Shown: piece by piece, positions 27,086-35,177 of the stretch
Layout: each line of letters opens with the position of its first letter
How positions within the stretch are numbered: position 1 is the first letter of the stretch
Assembly (NCBI GenBank): GCA_963828465.1
Contig: CAWHEU010000004.1
Span: 32,001 to 96,000, forward strand
DNA length: 64,000 nucleotides
DNA from: an uncultured Acidobacteriota bacterium
GTDB taxonomy: Bacteria; Actinomycetota; Acidimicrobiia; Spongiisociales; ZC4RG35
Reading direction: 5' to 3'
Notes under the pieces: model-generated
What the model was told of the DNA's origin: nothing
The model's database searches: none
What the model saw: the letters and a program-made list of their open reading frames with translations, nothing else
Position numbers and translations under genes: made by a program

Positions 27086-28266
27086 CCGGGGTGCGCACCG
27101 TCTCTAATGACGAACGACGAGCACGCCTGGCGATCAGGCATCGGCTCGTTGCCCCGGCCGACGGTGTCGTCGAGGCCGCCGATTCGATGACCTGCCTCCA
27201 CTCTTCAGACCCTGCCACGGTCTACCTGTCTGCCCGCGCCCGGGTACAGGGGTTCAAGCAGGGCGACCTGGAGCACGCCCTCTATGAGGAAAAGTCGCTG
27301 GCGCGGATCCATGCCATGAGACGCACCCTGTTCGTGGTGCCGGTCGGGATGGTCTCGATGCTCCATCACTCTTCGACAGTGGCACTGATCGGTCCGGAGC
27401 GGAAACGACTGGCGGGATGGTTGGAGAGTTCCGGCATCGCCAAAGACGGCGCGACGTGGATCGAAGCCGTCTCAAAGAAGACAGTGGCGGCATTGCGGGG
27501 ACGGGGGGAGGCCGTCGCCGGCGAGCTGAGCAAGGACGTCCCCGAGCTGAAAGAGAAGATCACCTTCTACAAGGCCGATGGCTCGGTCCAAACCACCGTG
27601 GGGATGACGACCCGAATCCTCTTTCTCCTCGCCACCGAGGGAAAAGTGATACGGGTGCGACCGAAGGGGACCTGGGTCAGCGGCATGTACCGCTGGGCAC
27701 CGATGGACGAGTGGCTGGGGGGGCCGATTCCCGAGGTCTCAAAACTCGAAGCGCAGGTTGGAGTCCTACGGAAGTGGCTGACCACATTCGGCCCCGGGAG
27801 CGAGGTCGACATGAAATGGTGGACAGGATGGCCGGTTACCCAGGTGCGTGCGGCCTTGGCGACGATCGGCGCGGTCGAGGTCGACCTGGAACCGGGTACG
27901 GGATATCTCCTACCCGATGACCTGGATCGGGTGCAACCGGTTGACCCGTGGGTAGCGCTGCTCCCGTCACTCGATCCGACCACGATGGGCTGGAAGGAAC
28001 GGGAGTGGTACCTAGGACCTCACGCCCCCCGGTTGTTCGACAGCAACGGGAACGCCGGGCAGACGATTTGGGTAGATGGGAAGATCGTCGGTGCCTGGGG
28101 GCAACGGAACTCCGGTGAGGTGGTGTGGGAGGTGCTCGAGGACATCGGCCGCGAGAGCCTCGCCGAAGTCGAGCGTCAGGCGGCGGAAGTGGAGACCTGG
28201 CTCAGCGACAAGAGAGTCATCGCCCGCTTCGCTTCCCCGCTGGACCGCGAGCTGTCGGCTCGCTGA
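27082..28266 (+). CDS. HTH_42 winged-helix protein (AlkZ/YcaQ-like DNA glycosylase superfamily)
   Basis: Motifs LHSSDPATVYLSARAR, AMRRTLF, WLTTFGP, LLPSLDP, VDGKIVGAW. Confidence 0.8.
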   Translation: MTGVRTVSNDERRARLAIRHRLVAPADGVVEAADSMTCLHSSDPATVYLSARARVQGFKQGDLEHALYEEKSLARIHAMRRTLFVVPVGMVSMLHHSSTVALIGPERKRLAGWLESSGIAKDGATWIEAVSKKTVAALRGRGEAVAGELSKDVPELKEKITFYKADGSVQTTVGMTTRILFLLATEGKVIRVRPKGTWVSGMYRWAPMDEWLGGPIPEVSKLEAQVGVLRKWLTTFGPGSEVDMKWWTGWPVTQVRAALATIGAVEVDLEPGTGYLLPDDLDRVQPVDPWVALLPSLDPTTMGWKEREWYLGPHAPRLFDSNGNAGQTIWVDGKIVGAWGQRNSGEVVWEVLEDIGRESLAEVERQAAEVETWLSDKRVIARFASPLDRELSAR

Positions 28267-28289
28267 CTGCGCTCGCTTATCGTAAAAGC

Positions 28290-28619
28290 ATGACCTCCCT
28301 CCAAGTCCGCGTTCGGGAAGATCTGGCCGAGGCAATGAGGGATCGCGACATGGCGAGGGTCAAGGTCCTCCGCACCACGATGTCGGCCATTCAGAACGCA
28401 GAGGCCGTCGAAGGTGTCGCCTCGGTCGAGGGAGTCGTTGGCTACAGCGACGTGCAGCGCCGGTCGTTGACCGACGACGACGTCCTCGAGATCATCATCC
28501 GCGAGATCGAGGAGTTCGAGGGATCCGTTGCGGAATACCGGCAGATCGGCCAGACGGAGAGGGCGGATGGATTGCAGAGGGAGCTCGATGTGCTGCGGAG
28601 CTACCTCAACCCTGACTGA
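28290..28619 (+). CDS. GatB/YqeY domain-like protein
   Basis: Motifs DLAEAMRDRD...LRTTMSAIQNAE and LTDDDVLEII...ELDVLRSYL. Confidence 0.7.
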   Translation: MTSLQVRVREDLAEAMRDRDMARVKVLRTTMSAIQNAEAVEGVASVEGVVGYSDVQRRSLTDDDVLEIIIREIEEFEGSVAEYRQIGQTERADGLQRELDVLRSYLNPD

Positions 28620-29568
28620 CCGGCGTTGGAACAGGCAACGGCTGCTTGAACCGGCCTTCCGGAATCGGCGTTCCGGTCCGCACCAGCGCCAGCTGCCACG
28701 ATGGAGACGCACCGAGGGCCCAGCGCAAACCGGCCACGACTCCCTTCCCCACCCTCGCTGCCCCAGGTGTCTTGGTCAGTCCGAGCACGTCCCGCAGACG
28801 ACCGGGGAGCGTGGCGACCGCTGCCTCCATCAGGAGTTTGTAACCGATCATCAGACCGGGCTCCAGGGGTGGGTCGGTGAGGAAATCCACCGCATCATCC
28901 ATTTCGGGTGAGGGCGCCACCCCCGGATGCCGCTCGATCCATCGGGACAGCTCGGCGGCAGTCGTCGGCATCGGGTCGGCGCCGAGGAGGGCGCCCACAC
29001 GTGTCTGCTCCAGGACGAACCGGTCAGCATTCTCTGGGCTGAGCCGATCGGTCCCGAAGGTCTGATAGGCCACGAGGAACGAATCCGTGAGGGCGTTGTG
29101 GACCCAGGCCGAGAACCCCGGGTCATCGGCGTCATAAGCGATGCCACGGCTGGAGGTCCCCGACACGACCCGATGGATGCGACGAACCTGGGCCACCGCC
29201 TGCTCGACCTCGGGCACGGCGCCATATGTGGTGGCGGTCACATAGGCGGAGGTGCGTGACAGCCGGCCGAGCGGATCCTCCCGATAGCGTGAGTGGTCGC
29301 CCACACCGGCTACGACCTCGGGATGGGCCGCCTGAATCAGCAGAGCACGGACTCCGCCGACGAAGGAGGCGGCATCGCCGATGACGTGCCAGGACACCGA
29401 TTCGGGACCGAACAGGCCCGGATCGCCGCGATAGAAGAGACTGCGGGCCAGGGGGTAGGGGGCGTGGCGAAAGGGTGCGGTTGCCGAGGAAACGACGCGC
29501 GATCGCACGTCCTCGAAGAAGCGCTGGATCGGACCGCGAACGCGGCTATCGCTGGACGTCGCCCCCAT
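28606..29568 (-). CDS. Oxygenase MpaB/DUF2236 family protein
   Basis: Motifs GLFGPESVSW, ALLIQAAHPEVVAGVGDHS, GRLSRT, WVHNAL. Confidence 0.85.
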   Translation of the reverse strand: MGATSSDSRVRGPIQRFFEDVRSRVVSSATAPFRHAPYPLARSLFYRGDPGLFGPESVSWHVIGDAASFVGGVRALLIQAAHPEVVAGVGDHSRYREDPLGRLSRTSAYVTATTYGAVPEVEQAVAQVRRIHRVVSGTSSRGIAYDADDPGFSAWVHNALTDSFLVAYQTFGTDRLSPENADRFVLEQTRVGALLGADPMPTTAAELSRWIERHPGVAPSPEMDDAVDFLTDPPLEPGLMIGYKLLMEAAVATLPGRLRDVLGLTKTPGAARVGKGVVAGLRWALGASPSWQLALVRTGTPIPEGRFKQPLPVPTPVSQG

Positions 29569-30079
29569 GTTTCGCAGCCAGATCGACGGTAGAGGTCTGC
29601 TCGACGGTGACGAAAGCTTCAGGGTTCGCCTCGTGAATCAGATGGGTCACTGACCACACCTCTTTCCTCGGGACGACGCAGAAGGTGACCCGCACCTCGC
29701 CGGACAGACCGTCACCATTGAGCACCGTCGCACCGTACCCCTGTTCCCGAAGCAAGGGCGCAACCGGGTCGGTGTGGACGGGCGCCACCACCCTGATGAG
29801 GGATTGGCCCAGTGCGAGCCACTCTTCGACCATCGAACCGGCGTAGGTGCCGGCGGCGAAGCCGAGAGCGAACGCGATCATCCGTGCCGGGTCCTCGAGA
29901 CCGGCCAGGACTCTGGAGATGGCGATGACCCAGACAAGGGCTTCGAAGAATCCGAGCAGAGCGGCAGGCCCCCGCCGGCCTCGGCTGATCAGGACGATGC
30001 GCACGGTGGACATGCCCACGTCGAGAAGGCGCAGCGTGAATATCAGGAACAGATCGAGAGCGAGCTGCACGCCCGCCAC
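29546..30079 (-). CDS. UPF0316 / DUF2179 family membrane protein
   Basis: Motifs RLLDVGMSTVRI, GFFEALVW, FALGFAAGTYAG, PEAFVT. Confidence 0.85.
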   Translation of the reverse strand: MAGVQLALDLFLIFTLRLLDVGMSTVRIVLISRGRRGPAALLGFFEALVWVIAISRVLAGLEDPARMIAFALGFAAGTYAGSMVEEWLALGQSLIRVVAPVHTDPVAPLLREQGYGATVLNGDGLSGEVRVTFCVVPRKEVWSVTHLIHEANPEAFVTVEQTSTVDLAAKHGGDVQR

Positions 30080-30091
30080 GGTAGAACGTGC

Positions 30092-30322
30092 TCAGCGGGC
30101 CGCCTGGGAGATCTCTCCCGGCTCGAGGACGATCACCTTGCCACTGGTCTCATCGAGGACCACTCCAACCTGATCCCGGAGGATCTCAGCCTTGCGCTCC
30201 TCTTCGATCCGGTGCTCGGCGGCAGGGCTGAGCAAGACCTCGAGCTCGGCCATCGCATTGGACAGGGCAACACCCATCCCCATGCTGCGTTGCTTTGGCT
30301 TGGCGTCGCGGGAGCCGGGCAC
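30092..30322 (-). CDS. Small hypothetical protein (possibly DUF6191-like)
   Basis: Contains LSPAAEHRIEEERK...LDETSGKVIV; co-oriented with neighbours; start uncertain. Confidence 0.5.
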   Translation of the reverse strand: MPGSRDAKPKQRSMGMGVALSNAMAELEVLLSPAAEHRIEEERKAEILRDQVGVVLDETSGKVIVLEPGEISQAAR

Positions 30323-30350
30323 GACGAGGACGATACCTACAGACCGAGAG

Positions 30351-31526
30351 CTAGCTGTCGAGGACGGGTCGTCGCCTGTCGAGCCCGGAGATGATCGAGT
30401 AGGCGATGATCAGCCCGAGCAATACGATCCAGGCCCACGAAGCCTCGATCACCTCCACTGCCAGGTTGAAGTCGGCCTGGAAATCGATCCCGTTGAGTGC
30501 GGAAGCCGACCGCACCTCTCCATAGATGTCGCCCTGGAAGTTGGCTTGGAGCCCACGGGCGGCAGCTCGGATCCCGCTCCCGCCCGGGGCGAACGTCTGG
30601 ATCGAACCATCGCCGCCCGTCCCCTCGTGATCTGGGCCACCCCTATCGGGCCCACCGGCCTGACCCGGCCCGCCGGGGCCTCCGGCGATGAGCGTGGTGG
30701 TCGTCGACGAGTCGGGTGCGGTGGAAGTCGTGCTCCCGTCTCCACCACCCGGGACGGTCGTAGTGGTCGACGTGTCGCTTCCAGGCTCTGACGTCGTAGT
30801 CGGAGCCGGTGAGCCTGAGCCGGGGATCGTCGTGGTCGTCGTGGCGTCAAGCCTCGAAGTGGTGGTGGTAGTGCTGGATGTTGTGGTGGTAGTGGGCTGG
30901 GTAGTCGTCGTGGTGGGAACTGTCGTTGTGGTGGCCGGAGGGAGAGTGGTTGTCGTGGTGGTCGTCGACTCGGTATATGTGCCGAGGATCTCAACGGTGT
31001 CGACGAACACCTCACTGCTGAGGAGGAGACCTGAGAAGCGGAAGCGAACCCGGAAGTTCTCGGAACTGAAGTCGCTCACGTCGATGCTGGCGTGTTCGTT
31101 GATGCCGGAGGACAGTTGATACTCGGCGACCTCGACCCAGCCGCTACCACCGTTGACCTGCACCTCTAGGGTGGAGGCGAGGAGCGACGACGTGCTCCTG
31201 ACATCGAAACTGAGTGTTGCCTCCTCGAAAAGGCTGGTATCGGCAGACCGCACCGCACCGATCGGGCCGAGCAGGGTCGTGAGAGCGCTCATCCGCATGC
31301 AGGTGCCCGAGCAGTTCCCCGACGACACGACCCGCACGTTGCCTTTCTTCTCGTCCCCGTCGTCCCCAATCTCGCTCCACGGCCCAGGCCAGGGCAACGA
31401 TCCGTCCGAGCCATGCCAGCTGATCGAAGTGAACTTGTCTTTGTATTCCTCCGTGTCATGCGCCGAGGCGGTGACCGCCAGACCCATCAGAGCGAACGTC
31501 ACCAGAGCTGCGGTCAGACGTCTCAA
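30351..31526 (-). CDS. Secreted/surface protein with Thr-rich stalk and C-terminal membrane anchor
   Basis: Signal peptide, beta-rich domain, long poly-Thr/Pro region, C-terminal TM helix then RRR. Confidence 0.8.
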   Translation of the reverse strand: MRRLTAALVTFALMGLAVTASAHDTEEYKDKFTSISWHGSDGSLPWPGPWSEIGDDGDEKKGNVRVVSSGNCSGTCMRMSALTTLLGPIGAVRSADTSLFEEATLSFDVRSTSSLLASTLEVQVNGGSGWVEVAEYQLSSGINEHASIDVSDFSSENFRVRFRFSGLLLSSEVFVDTVEILGTYTESTTTTTTTLPPATTTTVPTTTTTQPTTTTTSSTTTTTSRLDATTTTTIPGSGSPAPTTTSEPGSDTSTTTTVPGGGDGSTTSTAPDSSTTTTLIAGGPGGPGQAGGPDRGGPDHEGTGGDGSIQTFAPGGSGIRAAARGLQANFQGDIYGEVRSASALNGIDFQADFNLAVEVIEASWAWIVLLGLIIAYSIISGLDRRRPVLDS

Positions 31527-32920
31527 GCCGACATCGCCCGGATCAGATGGGCCACGGTCGTGTCGTCGGCCTTCGGACCGTCGACCGCTTCGGCGAGAAC
31601 GGGAAGCGACACGATGAAGTAGCTCTTCTGGGCGAAGCGCTGGTAGACGAGCTTTCCACCGAGCAACTCCATGAGACGCGAGGCCACCCCGAGACCCAGA
31701 CCTAGCGTCCCCGTCATCAGCGTTGCTGCGCCGTTGTGGATGAAGGTGTCGAAGAGCCTCTCCAACTGGACGTCGGGCACACCTTCGCCGTCGTCCCAGA
31801 CTTCGATGTCGACCACGTCGTCTCCGGTCGACACTTCGACCCCGATATTGGGGCCGCCGTGGCGGGCAGCGTTGGAGATGAGATTGATCAGAACGTGGCG
31901 GAGACGTGCAGCGTCGGTAGACACGATGGCGTCCACACCGGCCTTCTTGATCTTGAGACCCGCACGTTCGAAGGGAAGGATGGCCGAGTCGACCACGTCG
32001 GTGACATGGGTCGGGCTCAACTCGATTTGGACCCCGGTGCTCTCGAGCCGGGCCACAGCAAGGAGATCGTCGACCATACGGGTCATCTCGGCCGCCTCGT
32101 TGGCGATTATCTGGGAGACCTCGACGGCAGTCGCCTGGTCCTCGGCTCCACCGTCTGTGAGGATCTCCGCGAACCCGTAGATCGAAGTGAGCGGGGTACG
32201 CAGCTCGTGGGAGAGGCCGGCGATGAATTCGTCCTTGGCCCGCCCGATCTCCCTCTCCTTCTCCAGTTCTAGATCGACCTTGAGACGGAGCTCACGCATC
32301 TGGCGGCGGGCCACGAAGCGGTAGATGAGCACTGCCGATGCGGGAATGGCCAGCATGAGGAAGAACTGGATGAACTCGGTGGTACGGCGGGAACCCGCCG
32401 TGTTGGCGTCGATCTGGGCCTGAATCTCGGTCTGCTCGGTCTGGAGGGAGTCGACCAGGCCGGTGTAGGCCCGCTCCCCATCGTTCATCAACATTGCTTT
32501 GGATGCGCTGAAGTCACCGTTGTCGAGGTGGGCCAGAGCCTCGTCCATCCGGGCCAGGAAATGGGTCAGTGCCGCGGTAGAGACGCTCGACCCCGAGGCA
32601 TCGAGGAGCTCGGCCAGCCGTTCCCGCGCATCGTGGGCCTCGCCCATTGCAGCTGCCAGGTCGTCCTGTGTGACGAGCCCGCTGCCCGCCAGTTCCGAGA
32701 AGGTGGTGGCCTGGACCACTGCCGCTCGGGTCAGGGCACCGGTGCCGAGGGTGGCATTGGTCCAATGCAGGTCGGAGGCGTTCCCCGCCACGCGGGCTGC
32801 GCCGACCGAGTTGGCGAAGGTGAGACCAACGACGAGGACGACGAGCACCAGCGTTGCCCCGATGGCGATCCCAACCGCGCGTCGCCGCGCTGTTGGACTG
32901 GACAGGCGCTCCGTCCCCAT
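31523..32920 (-). CDS. Membrane sensor histidine kinase (HisKA + HATPase_c)
   Basis: H-box SHELRTPLTSI, N-box NLISNAARHG, G-boxes DDGEG and GLGL; two TM segments. Confidence 0.9.
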   Translation of the reverse strand: MGTERLSSPTARRRAVGIAIGATLVLVVLVVGLTFANSVGAARVAGNASDLHWTNATLGTGALTRAAVVQATTFSELAGSGLVTQDDLAAAMGEAHDARERLAELLDASGSSVSTAALTHFLARMDEALAHLDNGDFSASKAMLMNDGERAYTGLVDSLQTEQTEIQAQIDANTAGSRRTTEFIQFFLMLAIPASAVLIYRFVARRQMRELRLKVDLELEKEREIGRAKDEFIAGLSHELRTPLTSIYGFAEILTDGGAEDQATAVEVSQIIANEAAEMTRMVDDLLAVARLESTGVQIELSPTHVTDVVDSAILPFERAGLKIKKAGVDAIVSTDAARLRHVLINLISNAARHGGPNIGVEVSTGDDVVDIEVWDDGEGVPDVQLERLFDTFIHNGAATLMTGTLGLGLGVASRLMELLGGKLVYQRFAQKSYFIVSLPVLAEAVDGPKADDTTVAHLIRAMSA

Positions 32921-33048
32921 GATGATTGGTTATCGGAGATTTCGCGCATTTTTCTTTAGGGGCCGGTGGACCCTTGCGCGGGCCTCAAGGTCGGTCCCCG
33001 GGGCACCAACTCGTGCTCGTCGAAAAACCTCGACGAGGGTATGGATTC

Positions 33049-33070
33049 TGTCGGGGTCCTGTTGTAGTGT
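33049..33070 (+). promoter_or_regulatory. PafBC-type (RecA-NDp) DNA-damage promoter motif TGTCGG-N10-TAGTGT
   Basis: Exact match to TGTCGG-N10-TA-N3-T ending 7 nt before ATG 33078. Confidence 0.7.
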
Positions 33071-33085
33071 CGAACGTATGTTCGA
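33070..33085. promoter_or_regulatory. LexA SOS box TCGAAC-GTAT-GTTCGA
   Basis: Perfect actinobacterial LexA palindrome overlapping the start codon of the HNH gene. Confidence 0.85.
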
Positions 33086-34376
33086 TACCGAGATTCTGCC
33101 ACCTGATCTCGACCTTCTCGATTCGGAGCAGGTGGACGACCACGGGCTGCCTGCTGATCTAGAAACGATCCCACCGGGTCTGCTGCTGGCAGTGATCCTG
33201 TCCAGCGTGGACCGGGATGAATTGTCGGGGTTTGACCGGGTGGAATTGTTGAAGGCTCGGAGCCGGCTGATTTCTCATCTTCAAGCCGAGCTGTACGCCG
33301 ACATCCATTCCGTCTCCGAGGCGGTCTCGGACCTGGACCGCTTCGAACATCGGGACGGGTTCTGTATCACCGCCTCCGAAGTCCAGGCAGCGCTCACTCT
33401 GACCCGTCGGGCCGGGGAGATGCACACTGATCTCGCCTTCCAACTCCGCGACCGTCTGCCCGGTGTGTGGGAGGCGCTTCATGATGGTTTCATCGACCTG
33501 GCCAGGGCTCGAGTCCTCTCCGACCAGACCTGTCATCTCCCCCAGGACCTCGCCCAACAGGTATGTGATGCCGCGCTAGAGCGGGCGCCGGACCAGACCA
33601 CGGGGCAACTCCGCGCCCGGATCCAAAGGTTGATCATCTCGATCGATCCGGCCTCGGCCCGGGACCGGTACGAGGAGAAGCTGAAGGAGCGACGGGTGAT
33701 ATCCGAGATGACCGATGAAGGTACGGCCAACCTCCACGGTCTCGACCTGCCTCCGGCCGACGCCCATGCCGCGATGCGAAGGATCAACCGGATGGCCCGG
33801 TACCTCAAGGCCAAAGGTGACAAACGACCGATCGACCAGATCCGAGCCGACATCCTCTTGGACCTTCTCACCGGCCGCAATCAGGGTCAGAGCCAAGGCG
33901 TCGACCGGGGAGTGGTCGACGTGAGGGTGGAGATGACCACCCTGGCCGGGATCGACGACAAACCCGGAGAAATACCGGGATGGGGACCTGTCATCGCCGA
34001 TGTCGCCCGTCAGATCGTGGACGAACAACCCGATTCCGAATGGCGGATCGTCACCACCGACGACAACGGGCACCCGGTCGGTGTGGTCACCACCAAGAGA
34101 CGACCGACGACCACCCAGAAGCGGATCGTCGAGACCAGGAATCCGACCTGTGTCTACCCCGGTTGTCGCATCGACTCAGCTCAATGCGATCTCAATCACG
34201 AGGTCCCCTGGGCAGAAGCCCACCACACGACGTGCCCAGAGCTAGGACCACTCTGCCGCCACCACCACAAAAACCACCACCACCGTGGATGGAAACTGAA
34301 ACAGACGAGACCCGGTCACTACCAGTGGACCAGCCCACTTGGACACAAGTATGCGACCGGCCCCGACCCACCCTGA
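33078..34376 (+). CDS. DUF222 + HNH endonuclease domain protein (13E12-repeat-like family)
   Basis: Motifs RLPGVWEALHDG, DQIRADILLDL, GEIPGWGPV, RNPTCVYPGC...CDLNHEVPW...LGPLCRHHH, WTSPLG. Confidence 0.88.
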   Translation: MFDTEILPPDLDLLDSEQVDDHGLPADLETIPPGLLLAVILSSVDRDELSGFDRVELLKARSRLISHLQAELYADIHSVSEAVSDLDRFEHRDGFCITASEVQAALTLTRRAGEMHTDLAFQLRDRLPGVWEALHDGFIDLARARVLSDQTCHLPQDLAQQVCDAALERAPDQTTGQLRARIQRLIISIDPASARDRYEEKLKERRVISEMTDEGTANLHGLDLPPADAHAAMRRINRMARYLKAKGDKRPIDQIRADILLDLLTGRNQGQSQGVDRGVVDVRVEMTTLAGIDDKPGEIPGWGPVIADVARQIVDEQPDSEWRIVTTDDNGHPVGVVTTKRRPTTTQKRIVETRNPTCVYPGCRIDSAQCDLNHEVPWAEAHHTTCPELGPLCRHHHKNHHHRGWKLKQTRPGHYQWTSPLGHKYATGPDPP

Positions 34377-34382
34377 CGGCGG

Positions 34383-35177
34383 TCACTCCACGCGGTTCAG
34401 CCAGTTATCTGCGGCCTCACCCACCACCGAGTCGAATTTGAGCCCCATGAGGATGACCCCGGCCGCCCCCGCGTCCTGGGCTCGTTTCTCCAACTCAGTA
34501 GTCAGCTCCCATGCCAGTTTTCGGCCCACCTCGGGCGTGAGGTCGGCCAACCGCTCCTTGAGGCCATCGGTAGACGGGACCGACCCGATCGCCTCCATCT
34601 GCTCGACCCAGGACGGGCTGAACGGAGGGATGATCATGACGAAGACGGGAGGATCCTCCGGCTTCAGGTTGAGCAGGCCCAAGTGCCGCTCCATCACCTC
34701 GGGGTCGAGGATCGGCCCGGTGACGAAGAATTGGGCGCCCAGCTCGATCCTCCTCCGGAACTGCCATTCGCGGAACCGTGAGGGCATGCCCACCTCGAAA
34801 TCGGGCAGGTTCTCCTGGAGCTCCCGTAGGTGTTCGACGATCTCGTAATGATGGGCGAGATGGTCGACGTGGGGAACGGTGTCGCCAATGACGACGAGGA
34901 AAGAGTCAACGCCGTTGCCGAGGGCCCCTCGCACCTCTGATTCGATGGCCAGGATGTTCCGGTCTCGGGTCGACACCACCACGGTGGGGTGCACGTCCGG
35001 GGTGTCGTGCGTGATGCGGGCTGAGAACGCATAAGGCGAAACCCGGATCCGTCCAAAGACGTTGTCGGTGACCAGCACATGGCTCCACGCCGGAGACAGA
35101 CTCCGATGCTGGAGGTTGGGGAGCTCAGGTGGGTTGATCTCGGCGATCCTGAGCCAGCCGTCAGCCTTTGTCAGCAT
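34383..35177 (-). CDS. Methylenetetrahydrofolate reductase-like protein (divergent)
   Basis: Motifs AEINPP, VTDN, STRDRNILAIES, VIGD, GAQFFVTGP; start overlaps the metH 3' end. Confidence 0.7.
   Translation of the reverse strand: MLTKADGWLRIAEINPPELPNLQHRSLSPAWSHVLVTDNVFGRIRVSPYAFSARITHDTPDVHPTVVVSTRDRNILAIESEVRGALGNGVDSFLVVIGDTVPHVDHLAHHYEIVEHLRELQENLPDFEVGMPSRFREWQFRRRIELGAQFFVTGPILDPEVMERHLGLLNLKPEDPPVFVMIIPPFSPSWVEQMEAIGSVPSTDGLKERLADLTPEVGRKLAWELTTELEKRAQDAGAAGVILMGLKFDSVVGEAADNWLNRVE

Noticed and set aside
30690-30970. GTG/GTC-rich repetitive DNA as a CRISPR or repeat array
   Set aside because: It is the coding sequence of a poly-Thr stalk on the minus strand, with no repeat-spacer periodicity and no cas genes.
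33078-34376. DUF222-HNH gene as a classical IS element
   Set aside because: No DDE/HUH transposase motifs, terminal inverted repeats or target duplication were visible; kept as a CDS with uncertain mobility.
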